A stretch of DNA of 58,999 bases from Catajapyx aquilonaris (taxonomy: Eukaryota): contig JYFJ02000570.1 of assembly GCA_000934665.2 (NCBI GenBank), forward strand, positions 62,001 through 120,999, read 5' to 3'. A program made the translations under genes and the position numbers. Below the pieces are notes generated by a model. It was not told the origin of the DNA. It searched no databases and worked only from the letters and a program-made list of their open reading frames with translations. Shown here piece after piece: positions 1-12,206 of the stretch (its first letter is position 1; each line of letters starts with the position of its first letter).

Positions 1-44
1 CCACTATATCAAACACATCAAACTCCATGACACTCCTAATACCT

Positions 45-370
45 CAGAACCCTGATTATCCCACTCCTAGGTTTATCCGACTGTCCCGCTCCAGTGATAA
101 ATCTGTTTTCTCATCATAATGCATGCCTACTAATCATTTGTTTTGTAATGCCTCAGTTAAATTTATTGTAAATGCAGTACATCAGAGTGTGTATGTAAAA
201 GACAAATACTTCACTATTTCTTAGAAAACCATAATATTGTACATTATTTCATGTTTTTATGTTTTTGTTGCGTTTCATTCAAGCTTTCTTTGCTCCTCTG
301 ATTATCCTACCTTTTTGGTTATCCGACGATGCCCCAGTCCCATGGGTGACGGATAATCGGGGTTCTACTG
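45..370. mobile_element. Tc1/mariner-pogo type MITE, family A, copy 1 (left TIR degraded)
   Basis: Ends GGGTTCTACTG followed by TA; internal sequence closely matches 821-1141. Confidence 0.75.
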
Positions 371-820
371 TACCTCTTTTAAGTTTATTGTTTCTGCAAC
401 ATGGGGCTTTCAAAAATAAATTGCAGCAACACAGTTGGATAAAACATTATGAACAAAACATTTAGTATGCTCTTGATGAAGCAATATCACATGTGTTGGA
501 AAAAAAAAGTGCAGTGCATTGTAAACCACAACTTCCTTCTATTTCTGTCTGCAAGAGAGTTTCTCCACCTGCACTAGCAGGTGGATCTGGCAAAAAAAGG
601 TGATATTTACGTAGCATTTAAACTTTCTCCACCAGAACCCTTAACTTGGCTTGGTGTATATGTCTATGGAAAGGTGTGTGATGTTCATCAGAGCAAAAAC
701 ACGTTTTCTTCTGGCTGTGAAAAGAATCAGTCATAATAATTGTACTCTTTACAAGTGAAAGCCAGTGTCATATTAATGCCCTTTATATATTTAAGAATTT
801 CTTCCAATTGTAGAGATATA

Positions 821-1141
821 CAGTAGAACCCTGTTTATTCGACCTCGGATTATCCGGATTATCCAACCGTCCTGCTCCAGCAATCATGAAATGCTGTAAT
901 GCAAGACTACTAATCATTTGTTTGTATTGCCTGAGTTAAATTTTAAACAGCAGAGTGTGTACATAAAAGATAAATACTTCACTATTTCTTAGAAAAGCGC
1001 AATATTGTACATTATTTCATTATTTGTTATGGTTTTGTTGTGTTTTCCTTTGTTCCTCAGATTATCCTACCTTTTCTGTTATCCGACAATGCCCCAGTCT
1101 CGTGTAGGTCCCATGGGTGACGGATAATGAGGGTTCTACTG
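821..1141. mobile_element. Tc1/mariner-pogo type MITE, family A, copy 2
   Basis: TA|CAGTAGAACCC ... GGGTTCTACTG|CA terminal inverted repeats; repeated TTATCC subterminal motifs; non-coding. Confidence 0.8.
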
Positions 1142-1575
1142 CAGATCAAAGTTTTCTTTGTCTGTTGCAATAGAATGTGGGTAAGAGGTAATGGCAACTT
1201 GAAAATGCTTGGTTCTGATAGATTTTAGACCATTTGGTGTATTGACTGACTCAAGCAAATTGTCACTTTCCTAAAGATTGGGAATGCTTAGCATATGGTT
1301 TAATGATTACATCTCTCCCTAAGTTTACACTCAAAATTTTACAGCAGTACTTTCGACATACACAACAGTTTATTACATAACATGAAATAGCCTGTTATTA
1401 TTTACGTCTTACAAGTTAAGGGCTGCTTACGTACTCACTGTCCCTACCAAAACATTGTATATTATAATTATCTACTTGTGTGTACAAGTGGCAGCAGACA
1501 ACTGCCACTTACTTCATTCAACTGTAATGAAATTCTTACTTGCCTCTCATAAAAACTGCCGTCACTTACTTCCAG

Positions 1576-4500
1576 TCTGCAAGAGGTGAAGTCACAACCG
1601 CAAAATATAATAATGGATGCCTTTTTTGAGGATGGCTGGACCAATTCATTCAGGCAAGTCACTTCTTTCCATGGACTGTCCAGGTTTCTGTTGTGACCGC
1701 AGATGAAGATGCTATTGGCCTGATTTTTATTTTTAGGAATGAATTGGCCAGAAAAGGTTACGTTAAGGTGAAGACAGTGAGGATGCAGGGAATAGTGCTA
1801 AGTCTCTTCTGCCTCAAAGCTCACCTGATACACCTGAGGGATATTGAGATGCAATATACTCGCACAGGCATGGGTGGAATGTGGGTAAGTTTAGAATAGT
1901 TGCATATGAATGACATAATTTTAGTTTCATTGGATATCTGGTGTATGAATGCATCTGACAGAAAACATGCTCACTAGTCACTAGCTTCTAAAAATGGAGC
2001 ATCATATATGCACTAGCCAACCATTATCACCTGTATAAGTAACAAATACTAAATTCATTGTAAAACTACAAACTAAACTCCAAATTTGGACAAGGCAAGG
2101 ACATTTTTTACATTGTTTTATATGTATTGCAGTTCATAGGGGAAACTGATTTTTTCCATAATAATAATAATAACTGAATTCCTCCAAAGCTGTACAATGT
2201 CTGCAAAGACTAAATTAACTGTCCATGTAAAGTGAAAAATATATTCTCATTAATGTTGTCTAGCATGCTCAAAAAGTTGTACATTTTAAATCTAAAAATG
2301 CATTCAGGATCCAAAGACGTAGACGTGCTATTGATATGGGTAGGAAGCATGTGAAAACTTGAGATGAAGCCCATAGGCAGATGCAGGGATGCGTTCCTGA
2401 TCAAAGCGAGGATTGTGATGAAGAATAGGGTCAAGGAGTCCATAGGGTTCTTCAAGAAAAGTATGGCTGGCTACTTGCACTGAAAAGAGCAGTACCTTAC
2501 TGACTGAGTGAGTTGTTCATATTTCTCAACATAGGAAGCGACTGCTTTATGATTAAATCGGCCAGCTGTAATGTTAAAGCTTCTATAAGTGCTCATTGCA
2601 CACTGGCATAAAATATGTAAAAATAATGACTAAAGCAGATATCGCCCTTCCTTGTTGCACTATATTACATACTAGTAGTACAGTAAAACTTCTATAAGTC
2701 GAATATCCATGGGACCGGGAAAAAACTTCGAGTTATAGAAGATTCGAGTTATAGAAGATTCGAGTTAGAGAAGTTTGGAATTTTTAACACACAACTCTAT
2801 AAGGAAGCCTACCTTTATATCCAGCGACGAAAGGTGTTCAAAACTTAAAAATTACTGTCACTATCACACTTGCAATGTTCCTAGTTGTTTTATTGTAAAA
2901 AAAATCTCTGTTATGGACATTTGCCTGCTCTTAGATTCAAGGATTCAATTGTCACAATGGAGACAAACACTTCTTTTGGAACGTTTGGTAGACGGAGATC
3001 AGGAAATTGAGCCTTTCTGTGCTTGTGGTCTACTCTCGACTTTTTGGCTGGGAAGTGAGACAATTTTCTGTCCTCGCCAACATGAACTTCGACTGAAAAT
3101 GCATTGATATCCCATCATAAGGCCTTGGCTGCACTTCGAGTTATGGAGAACTTCGAGTTAAAGAAATTTGAGTTATTATTTTACATTGTGACCAACCAAG
3201 CTCATCATTTTCTTCGACTTATAGAGAACTTCGACTTAGGGAAGTTTTACTGGTAGTTTTACTGTACTTCTTGTTCCTATTTCCTGCTTATTTAGTTTGA
3301 ATGGAAGTTATCATGAAAAGGGAAATCATAAACTTGCAACAAAGTGAGAGGATGAGGCACATGTGTACCAGTGTATTTCAATTGATAAATATTATCATGG
3401 ATGTTTCTCTTACAGGGAAACAAAGGTGCAGTTACACTACGTATGTCACTATATGGCTGCTCCTTATGTCTAGTCAACTCTCACCTCACAGCTCATGACC
3501 AGCATTTACAGGAGAGGATAACAGATTATAACTCCATCCTAGCCCACCAGTCATTCCAAGCGGGTGAAACTACTAGGATTTTATTTCATGAGTATGTGTC
3601 ATACTTTTAGTGTGATATTGGACACTAGCGAGACATCTCTCTTTATGCTAGTTACGTGTTCTGGTTTGGTGACCTGAACTTCCGGCTTCAGGAAGGAACT
3701 TGGGAACCAGAGGGAATTGAACGCCTCACCCGAGATGGGCAGCTGACAACCCTGCTGGAGAAGGACCAGTTACGCCAGGTTATGAGGTCAGGAGAGGCTT
3801 TCTCAGAACTCACGGAGACTTTGCCCAACTTCAGCCCAACTTACAAGTTCCATGCTGGTACACAGGAATATGACCTCAAGTGAGTTGGTCCATGTTCATG
3901 TTTACTTCCAAGGAGTTGGCAATGAAACTGAACCTGTAGTCCTTATCACCCAATGGGTGGGCAGTTCGCAGTAACTATGGTTGAAAATATTATCCCTATA
4001 CGTTATTGTGATTTTGGCAATTTCTGTCTCATGAATAAAATCTCACAAAAATTGCAGTTCATCTAGACATTCTATAGATTCTAGACAAACTTTTTATGTA
4101 AAAGGTATTGGAACTTATTTTATTTTATTATATTAAAGTGTGATTTTTTCACTACCTATGCAACTATGGCTCACCACACTTGTGATTGGTCAGGAGTACT
4201 GTGGCAAAAAAAAAAAAAATAGCGAAAGGGGTCCATCCAAAAGGAGTTCTAGCGACTGATAAGAATACTGCAATGTGTCTGATGAGTTATTTGATACCAA
4301 ATTGATATATTTTAAAAATTGTGTTGCTTTTTTGGTTGGAAAAGGGGCTAAACTATTGTTTATCCGCACCTTAACAACGCGGTCGGGGTTGGGCGGGTGG
4401 CGGGCCTCGCGACGGTTGGCAACGTTGCGTTGCAAACAATCGGGTACCTTGATACTGCTGCCAGCCAAATTCGAATGCCTTCACGGTTGCTTGATGAAGT

Positions 4501-7268
4501 GTCGTTCTTTGGGTTAACGGACTGCAGCAACCATCATGGCTTTCATGATTCCCACCTCCTTCATTAATACTGTGGTCCTAGCACTAGTCTGATCCATGGT
4601 CTGATCGGTTTGCGTGTTGTGCTCTCCCGGCAACTGATTGTTTGCGGCCTGTAGCCAACATGTTTGGAGCCCACCACGCCTTCCCAACCCCACCGCGTCG
4701 CTAGGTGTGGATAAACGATAGACTTCCCGGAAAAGGCCTGTTTCCACAGGCATAATTTTCATTATTCAAGCCAGAACATTTTTTTTGTTGCTAGGCGATT
4801 AATAATAAAGTAATCAAGTAGTAATAATAAAGTTTGTTTGATTTTGTGCTCTATTTTTGTGCTTTTCATTTTATGCTCAAAAATTATGCCGGTGGAAACA
4901 GGCCTTTAATTTTTATTGCCTGATAATTCGGGTTCAAGTCTCACCATGGTTGCTTGTTTTAAAGGCGCCGACCAGCATGGCCTGACCGTATCCTGTACAA
5001 AGTGAATGCAGATGTATACGAGAATGTCACCCTGAAGGTTACTCCAAGAGGATACAAGAGCCATCCTGAATACATAACCAGTGACCACAAGCCATTATCT
5101 GCAGATTTTTCAATCAAGGTCTTCAGCTGTTACTATGAGCGCATGGTGGAATTTCTTCCGGTGGGTGCCTGGTACGTCCATGAGGAGAACCACTTCACCT
5201 ACCGTCTTTCCCATGATGTGGAACCTTCAGCCTGGGACTGGATTGGACTATTTAAGGTAAGCATTTTCCTGTTGAGTTTGGTACAGCATTGTAAATTTAT
5301 TGTTTTGAAAGTATAAGTAGCAGAATTCAAATGGATCATTCAATTATCAAGTAATTTAATTGGAAGTATTATTTGACTTCTATGCTGTTGTAAATATTCA
5401 GTGACTGGTAAATTCAAATTATGGTTTATGTTCATATATTCTCCGTGACTAGAACTAGGTTCCATCACAAAGTTGCACTGCAATATCGATAATACAGTAA
5501 AACTTCTATAAGTCGAATCTCCATGGGACCAGGAAAAAACTTCGAGTAATAGAAGATTCAAGTTAGAAAAGTTTGGAATTATTTAAGCCCCTAACTCTAT
5601 AAGGAAGCCCACCTTCATATCCAGCGACGAAAGGTGTTCGAAACTTTGAAATTATTGTCACTATCACGCTTATAATGTTTCTCATTGTTTTGTTGTAAAA
5701 AAATCTCAGTTTGCCTACTCTTACGTTAGATGCAAGGATTCAATTGTCACAATCGATTCAAACACTTCTTTGGTTATGTCTGGTAGACGAAGATCAGGAA
5801 ATTGAGCCTTTCTGTGCATGTGGCCTGCTCTCGACCCTTCGTCTGGGAAATGAGACAATTTTCCGTACTCGCCAACATGAACTTGGACTTAGGGAGACTG
5901 AAAATGCATTGACATCCCATCATAAGGCCCTGCCAGTACTTCGAGCTATGGAGAACTTCAAGTTATAGAAATTCGAGTTAGGGAAGTCTATTTCCTATTA
6001 TTTTACATTGTGACCAACCAAGCTCATCATTTTCTTCGACTTATAGAGAACTTCAACTTAGGGAAGTTCGACTTATGGAAGTTTTACTGTAATTGTTTAA
6101 GCCATTATCTTACACATGACCTTGCCGCAAGTGTCTCAATAGAATATTTGCTTGTGTGGGTGTACTGTTCTTTTTGGAAGCAGTATATTTTGGGATGGTA
6201 GAGGTCTGCTGTGATGTGGGTAGTCAGAATATTTAACATTATGACTTGAATGAAAAGATAGCTTCAGGCGAAAGAGACTTTCCCAGGTGCATCACATCGC
6301 AATTTCCATTTTGCATATATCCCTCAGGCATAATGAATGCACATTAGCTATGCGCCAAAAGCAGATTTACCTCCAATTGTCTAGCCAAGTAGTGGTAGTA
6401 GGCATAAAGGTTTATGACTCACGAGTGTGCAGCTGTAACTGCAATAAACATTCTTGTCTTTAAGCCAACAAGAATTCCCCGTAAAAATGGTTTGTGAGCC
6501 ATAAAGGTTTGAGTCAAGGGAATTTCACCTTTCTTATGCAAACAAGAGTGGCTTGACTAATACTTCATAGTGGGATCAGAATATTTCCAGCAGGAGGGTA
6601 AAATAATAGAAAAGGTTTTTATGGACTCATGTTAGAGTATCTGAAAAGAAGAGCGAAAGAGTCTGAATTGCTGTTGGTTCCAGGCTGTGGATTTAATTGT
6701 ATCAGTTGGATATAATTAAGTTTTACGTAGTTCTCTTCAATCTAGTCAATGAAGGCTGCACAAGCTGAGCAGATGATAAAACATGCTTGCATCTAATTTG
6801 GAACTGACTTTTACTGCCTCTTATCAGATTACTGTTTCTGTATGGGCTTCTGTGAGGTCACTCTTGGTTATATATGTACTGCGTCCACCTGAACAAGTAT
6901 TAGCCTAGCATGGTTTTTATTTGTCATGTCATTTGGTTGTGGAACTTGTTTACTCATATTGGGGCCAACAATGTAAAAATTTCATATTATAATTTCCCCA
7001 GGAGGAGTTCTCTAGCCTGGACGACTATCTCTCATACGTCTATGCACCTCGCAGCCATGAACCCAGCCACACAACAGTAGCAGTTGTAAATGCTGGCCAG
7101 CAAGTGGCATCTGCCAGTGGCATTAATGACAGTGGTGCCCAGGTGGATGCCACCTTCAGTGAAGATTCAGTTCGGTTTCCAGGCACCTATGTGCTCTTGT
7201 ACTTTAGTCAGAGTGCTGCAAGCGTCCTAGGAATGAGTCAACCTTTTAGAGTCTGCAATAGGGAGTGA
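1576..7268 (+). CDS. INPP5K: Inositol polyphosphate 5-phosphatase K (SKIP)-like with C-terminal SKICH domain; 5'-partial
   Basis: Exons 1576-1653, 1737-1884, 3416-3591, 3652-3879, 4965-5256, 7002-7268(TGA), all phase-consistent. Motifs LQEVK, GNKGAV, NSHLTAH, FWFGDLNFRL, PTYKF, PAWPDRIL, SDHKP, and SKICH-like DWIGLFK...DYLSYVY...GMSQPF. The first visible intron has a GC donor. The start exon was not found in the window. Confidence 0.92.
2681..3264. mobile_element. pogo/Tigger-like MITE, family B, copy 1
   Basis: TA|CAGTAAAACTTC ... AGTTTTACTG|TA; multiple TTCGAGTTA subterminal repeats; homologous to 5495-6089. Confidence 0.8.
4344..4728. mobile_element. Diverged MITE-like element with ~100 bp imperfect TIRs
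   Basis: 4344-4444 is an imperfect reverse complement of 4631-4728 (e.g. GTTTATCCGCACCT...ACGCGGTCGGGGTTGGG vs CCCAACCCCACCGCGT...AGGTGTGGATAAAC). Confidence 0.6.
4734..4905. mobile_element. PIF/Harbinger (Tourist-like) MITE
   Basis: TIRs AGGCCTGTTTCCACAGGCATAATTTT / AAAATTATGCCGGTGGAAACAGGCCT; right flank TTA. Confidence 0.65.
5495..6089. mobile_element. pogo/Tigger-like MITE, family B, copy 2
   Basis: TA|CAGTAAAACTTCTATAAGTCGAA ... TTCGACTTATGGAAGTTTTACTG|TA; same orientation as and homologous to 2681-3264. Confidence 0.82.
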
Positions 7269-7702
7269 TGCAGTCAACGATCTAGAGTCGGCAGCAGAAA
7301 AAGACAGGTCAACATTCCATTGTATGCGGTTTGTGCTCCAGTTTTCGGTTCCATCCTGCTCCAGGTGTTGTGTAGCAGAGTTATTTTTTATACCTGGTTG
7401 CTTCAGGTATGTTTTATAGGCACAACTTAATTCCTTCCAAGTGGAAAGCATTGTACTTGAAGTGACACAAGTGTCAAATGTTGTACATAGCTTAGTCTGT
7501 ACATTTTAGGACAATTATACATAATAATTATGGCAACGAATGATATAGAAGGTGGTATTAAAAAATGCTTATAGTGTATTTCTTGACCGGGATTCAATTT
7601 ATAAATCCATAAATCAGCACTTTTAGAAAGTTGGGTAGGGGGGGCACATTGAATTAAAATTCTCTCACACACTTGCATACTATAAAAAATGGCATTGACA
7701 AC

Positions 7703-9438
7703 TCAGTACATAAGTCCTCGGTGGAAGAAGACATTTGGATTGGATGACATTGTCGGCTCCAGCGTCATGTAAGGGGTAGTTCCTTCTTCCACTTTACTGG
7801 GCAGACCTGGCTTGATGTAAAAAGAAAGCGGGATAAAACATGCAGAATATGTGCTGTGAAAGCAACCAACAAGATTCTTTATGTTGCTGGTTTCCATTCC
7901 TACACACCTTCCATCCTTCCATCTGACAAGCCAACACTGCTAGGTGCCAAGATATCAACTCAGAACCTGTCACGAGCAAAGTAAAAGTGAAAGGCCGGCA
8001 CACTATAGCATCCTTTGCTACTGGCTTCTCAGCTGACATGGCTACGTGATACATTTTGGATTGCTGCCAGAACCTTGTTGGTCGCATTCGGAGGGCACAT
8101 TCATGTCAAAGTGTGTAAAAACAGTAAACGCACCTGCATAATTCCCTGGGTAGTAGCAGGGAGGGGTGTAATGGACCATCCTGCCAGGAAAGACTGGTGG
8201 TGGTGGTGGTGATATGAATGATATCCCATCTGCAAAGGAGGAGAAATACAATGGTAATGTTCACTCATTTCAGAAACAAGCTAGTGCTTTAAATTAGTGT
8301 TGATGATTAATTTTAATTGATGATTTTAAATTTGTTTCTTTTGGTACTGAAAAATATTGCCTTGTATGGGTTTGCATGTGTCCTGCCCCAGGGGTCTGAG
8401 TGGCTGCCAATGGAAAAAGCTTGGAGAGTAACCAGATGCACTCATCCCATCCTCATCATCAAACTCTTCATCGTCATCGTCATCCCTCTGCCTGCGAAGC
8501 GTTGGCGGGCAGCATTGTCTCCTGTGTCCCCCTCCTTGCCCTCCTCTTCCTCCAGCCCTCCCACCCCTCCTTCCTCGCCGCCTAATAAGTCTAGGCGCTG
8601 ATGGCAGGCAAACAGTGAAGAAAGTAACACCAGATGACACTAGCAATCCAGCTCCCAGACACAAGTCCAGTTGTGTTGCTGGCAGTAAGAGTGAGGCCAA
8701 CACCCACCCAATCCACACAGGCACCAGCAGGCCAGCAGCCATGGCTATTCGACCAGCCTCACCATCATTGTCCCTCACACCTCTGGCCTTTAAAGCCAGA
8801 AGGGCCACTAGCACCAGCAGCAATGCACCGTAAGCCAAGGCTACTGCCCATTGGCGAAATGGTGCCAAACATAATCCGAAGGTGGATGTGCCTGGAGGGG
8901 CCCACACCATCCATTGCACCACCAGTAGTGTCTGTGCTAGGAGTGCCAAAAGAAGCAGGAGAGCTTGGTACAGTGCTGGTAAATACACACCAGCTTCCAT
9001 GCCCAGTAGTAGCACACATTTAACTAGCAGTGATGAGAACAGGAGGGCAAATGCAATGGAAGCTGCAGCCCGCCTTACACCACATGAAGCTGCCGATGGC
9101 ACCCAGGTGAAGGCAAGTGGTGCAGCAGAGGACAAAAGAAGCCCAAGCAGTAGTGACTGGGAGAGAAAGACGTGACGACGTTCTCTGGACACAACCAGAG
9201 CTTCCCATCCTAGGAGAACTAGAACCAATGCTCCTGAGGTGGCAGCCAGTGGGACAGCCCATGGTTCTCTGCGAAGAAAGGCACCGGCACTTCTGGGTGG
9301 CGGAGGAGGGGCAGAGGAGGTTGGCATAGGTTCTGGAGATGTGATGTTGGGTGCTGGTGTCCCATGGGCGCAGGGGGAGGTGGCCAGCACCAGTACTAGC
9401 ACCAGGCGGAGAGACGCCTTCCGACGCTCATCCCCCAT
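7703..9438 (-). CDS. Orphan class C (7tm_3-type) GPCR lacking a Venus-flytrap ectodomain, ~425 aa
   Basis: Exons 9438-8361, 8229-8134, 7806-7703(TGA); total 1278 nt, in frame only if the first donor is AAG|GC. Signal-peptide-like N-terminus, short Pro-rich stalk, seven hydrophobic segments, class C-like motifs (EPWAVP, SLLVKC, RGVRDNDGEA.I), C-terminus EPTMSSNPNVFF. The acceptor at 9479 implies an upstream UTR exon. Confidence 0.8.
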
Positions 9439-10079
9439 CTTGGGACACCAAGAAACTCAGCTCTGCTTCATGGCCAACCTGTAACAAATGATTAAATTTT
9501 GAAGTTTTTTTTTTTCGCTCTAGCACCATATCTTATTGAGTATCACTCGAACTTACAATATTGGTGCTATTTGGATCTGGTCCATAGCAAGGCAGTAAAT
9601 AATTAAATCCGGATGTTCAATATATTGGACGTCGGGTCTCAGGAGGATATTGTGAGAATTTATTAGTCAACTGACACTACAATGACTACATAGAGAGGTG
9701 GTGTGTGTGTGTGTTTTTTTTTTTTCCTAAACAGAATTTTTAAAAAGTGGAGATGAACCTTTTGCGTGGGAGGGGGCTGTCACTTTTTTCGAAGTATAAT
9801 ACATCCAGTATGTATAATTAATGCCTTTTTAAACTTAAAGATAAGCGAAATACACAAATTACCAAATTATTGTATTTAGCACATTAAAAACTAAAGTCTT
9901 AAGCTAAAAAGTGTAACCTTAATCGAACATTTTATAGTGATTGTTGGATTGTATATTTCCGTAGAAAATATACAAGGATATATTGTGAGAATTTATTTGA
10001 CGAATGACACTACATTGGTATTTTGTGGCGCCCTTTCTTTACGATAAGTACATGCTGGAGAGAGTGTCAGTATCGAGGT

Positions 10080-10145
10080 GGCGCAGTGGTCCAGTGGCTA
10101 AGGCGCTCTCTTCGTAACCTGAAGGTTGAAGGATCGAATCCTGAA
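10080..10145 (+). pseudogene. Degenerate tRNA-like module (CGT in anticodon position)
   Basis: A box TGGTCCAGTGG (10087-10097) and B box GGATCGAATCC (10131-10141); anticodon and acceptor stems do not pair. Confidence 0.6.
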
Positions 10146-10279
10146 AGAAAGACATCGCTTCTTTTTATCGTTATGGACCTTTCTCGCTGTTACTTCATCT
10201 CTCATTTCACATTTATTTCTCTTTGAAGTGCATCTGGTAAATAGGCTCGACCCTTCCAACACCCACACTCTCGTTGCAG

Positions 10280-10345
10280 CATAGCGTGGCTGTGTGGTAA
10301 CGCATCAGACTCTCAATCGGGAGATGTGGGTTCAAATCCCGAATC
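10280..10345 (+). pseudogene. Degenerate tRNA-Glu(CTC)-like module
   Basis: A box TGGCTGTGTGG (10287-10297), anticodon arm TCAGA-CTCTCAA-TCGGG, T arm GTGGG-TTCAAAT-CCC; no acceptor stem. Confidence 0.62.
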
Positions 10346-11942
10346 TCCACGGTTGATGAGTCAGGAAAAAAATTTGCAGCCGTCATCTCTGGCCAAGATG
10401 GCGACTGTTCCTTCGCAGTTTCCCCAACACTTCTTCAGAGGTGTCAGAGGAGCAGCGAAGAGGGGGGGGGGGAGGGGTGGAGAGGGGGAGGAAAGGGTGG
10501 GAGGGGAGAAAATTTTTTATGAAATTTTTAAGACACCTGCTTAATGGGAGGGGGCGGTCACTTTTTTCGAAGAAAAATGTCTTAAATTTAATCATTCAAA
10601 TAATTGAAGAATTCAGGTTTGTGTGGGCCATCCCCAGCCACCGCCCTACCGCTGCCCAAGTGGGTGCATTTACCTTATACCTGGGAGTTCCATTCTCAAA
10701 CCTATCACCCCTCCAAATATTTAATCCTACAATTTAAACTATAGATCCTATAAAATAACCAGCACATGCAAATGATTCGGCACAATTTTTAGGTCATTTC
10801 CAATGTATTGTTTCAGGCTGACCTTTGACCTGAAAGGCCCTAATATTAGGTTTTTGGTCAGGGGAGAGGCCCCAACTCGGTCTCCATCTGTCGGGTCTTT
10901 CGTAATGAGACTATACAGAGCACAGTAGCCTACATAGATATACATGTGAACAAGTATGCCCTTGCGCCCTTGGCCTGCTAGCCAAATGTAGCAGTCCGCC
11001 TGTCCTTGTGGGTAGCGGGGCGGGGGTGGAAAGGGGGGAATATAAATAAGGTCAAAGAGACAGGAAGGTGACCAAGCCTACACGAAAATTTGCCTATGTA
11101 AAACCGCGTCGACGATTATGCGCATCTCCACCCACGGCAGAAGCGGGTGGGAATTTATTATTTTATTAATCCATAGAGCAATGCCACGAAACGGTGATGT
11201 CGAATGTCCGTCCTGATGACCCCACGGAGGTGACCACTCGCCTACGGCCTACGTCACATTCATACTGATTACTGACACCAGCCAACTGGGACTGCTACAT
11301 TTGGCTAGGGGCATACTTGTTTACATCGAGAGATATATACTGTATATCTATGTACTGTGCTCTGTACACTGTACAGTCTCATTACGAAAGACCCGACAGA
11401 TGGAGACCGAGGTAGGGCCTGGCCCCAGACCAAAAACCTAATATTAGGGCCTTTCAGGTCAAGGGTCAGGCTGCAACAAACTATTAAAAATGGCCTAAAA
11501 AATGTGCCGATTCATTTGCATGTGCTGGTGATTTGATTGGACCTATAGTTTAAATTGTAGACTTATATATTTGGAGGGTTGATAGGTTTGAGAATGGAAC
11601 TCCCATGTATAAGGTAAATGCACCCACTTGGGCAGCGGTAGGGTGGGGGCTGGGGATGGCCCACACAAACTTGAATTCTTCAATTATTTGAATGATTAAA
11701 TTTAAGACTTTTTTCTTCGAAAAAAGTGACCGCCCCCTCCCATTAAGCAGGTGTCTTAAAAATTTCCCAAAAAATTTTCTCCCCTCCCACCCTTTCCTCC
11801 CCCTCTCCACCCCTCCCCCCCCTCTTCGCTGCTCCTCTGACACCTCTGAAGAAGTGTTGGGGAAACTGCGAAGGAACAGTCGCCATCTTGGCCAGAGATG
11901 ACGGCTGCAAATTTTTTTTTCCTGACTCATCAACCGTGGAGA

Positions 11943-12005
11943 TTCGGGATTTGAACCCACATCTCCCGATTGAGAGTCTGATGCGTTACCACACAGCCAC
12001 GCTAT
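11943..12005 (-). pseudogene. Mirror copy of the tRNA-Glu(CTC)-like module
   Basis: Reverse complement of 10280-10345 in the right arm of the inverted repeat. Confidence 0.6.
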
Positions 12006-12141
12006 GCTGCAACGAGAGTGTGGGTGTTGGAAGGGTCTAGCCTATTTACCAGATGCACTTCAAAGAGAAATAAATGTGAAATGAGAGATGAAGTAACAGC
12101 GAGAAAGGTCCATAGCGATAAAAAGAAACGACGTCTTTCTT

Positions 12142-12206
12142 TCAGGATTTGATCCTTCAACCTTCAGGTTACGAAGAGAGCGCCTTAGCCACTGGACCAC
12201 TGCGCC
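12142..12206 (-). pseudogene. Mirror copy of the tRNA-like (CGT) module
   Basis: Reverse complement of 10080-10145; B box reads GGATCAAATCC. Confidence 0.58.

Noticed and set aside
2775..5968. Similar ORFs at 2775-3107 and 5711-5968 as a duplicated gene
   Set aside because: Both lie inside family B MITE copies and differ in frame and length.
10326..11960. Mirrored ORFs in the inverted-repeat arms as protein genes
   Set aside because: The frame differs between arms at a G-run, there is no recognisable domain, and they overlap tRNA-like modules.
10080..12206. Functional tRNA genes
   Set aside because: Acceptor stems are absent and anticodon stems are mismatched; treated as tRNA-derived modules.
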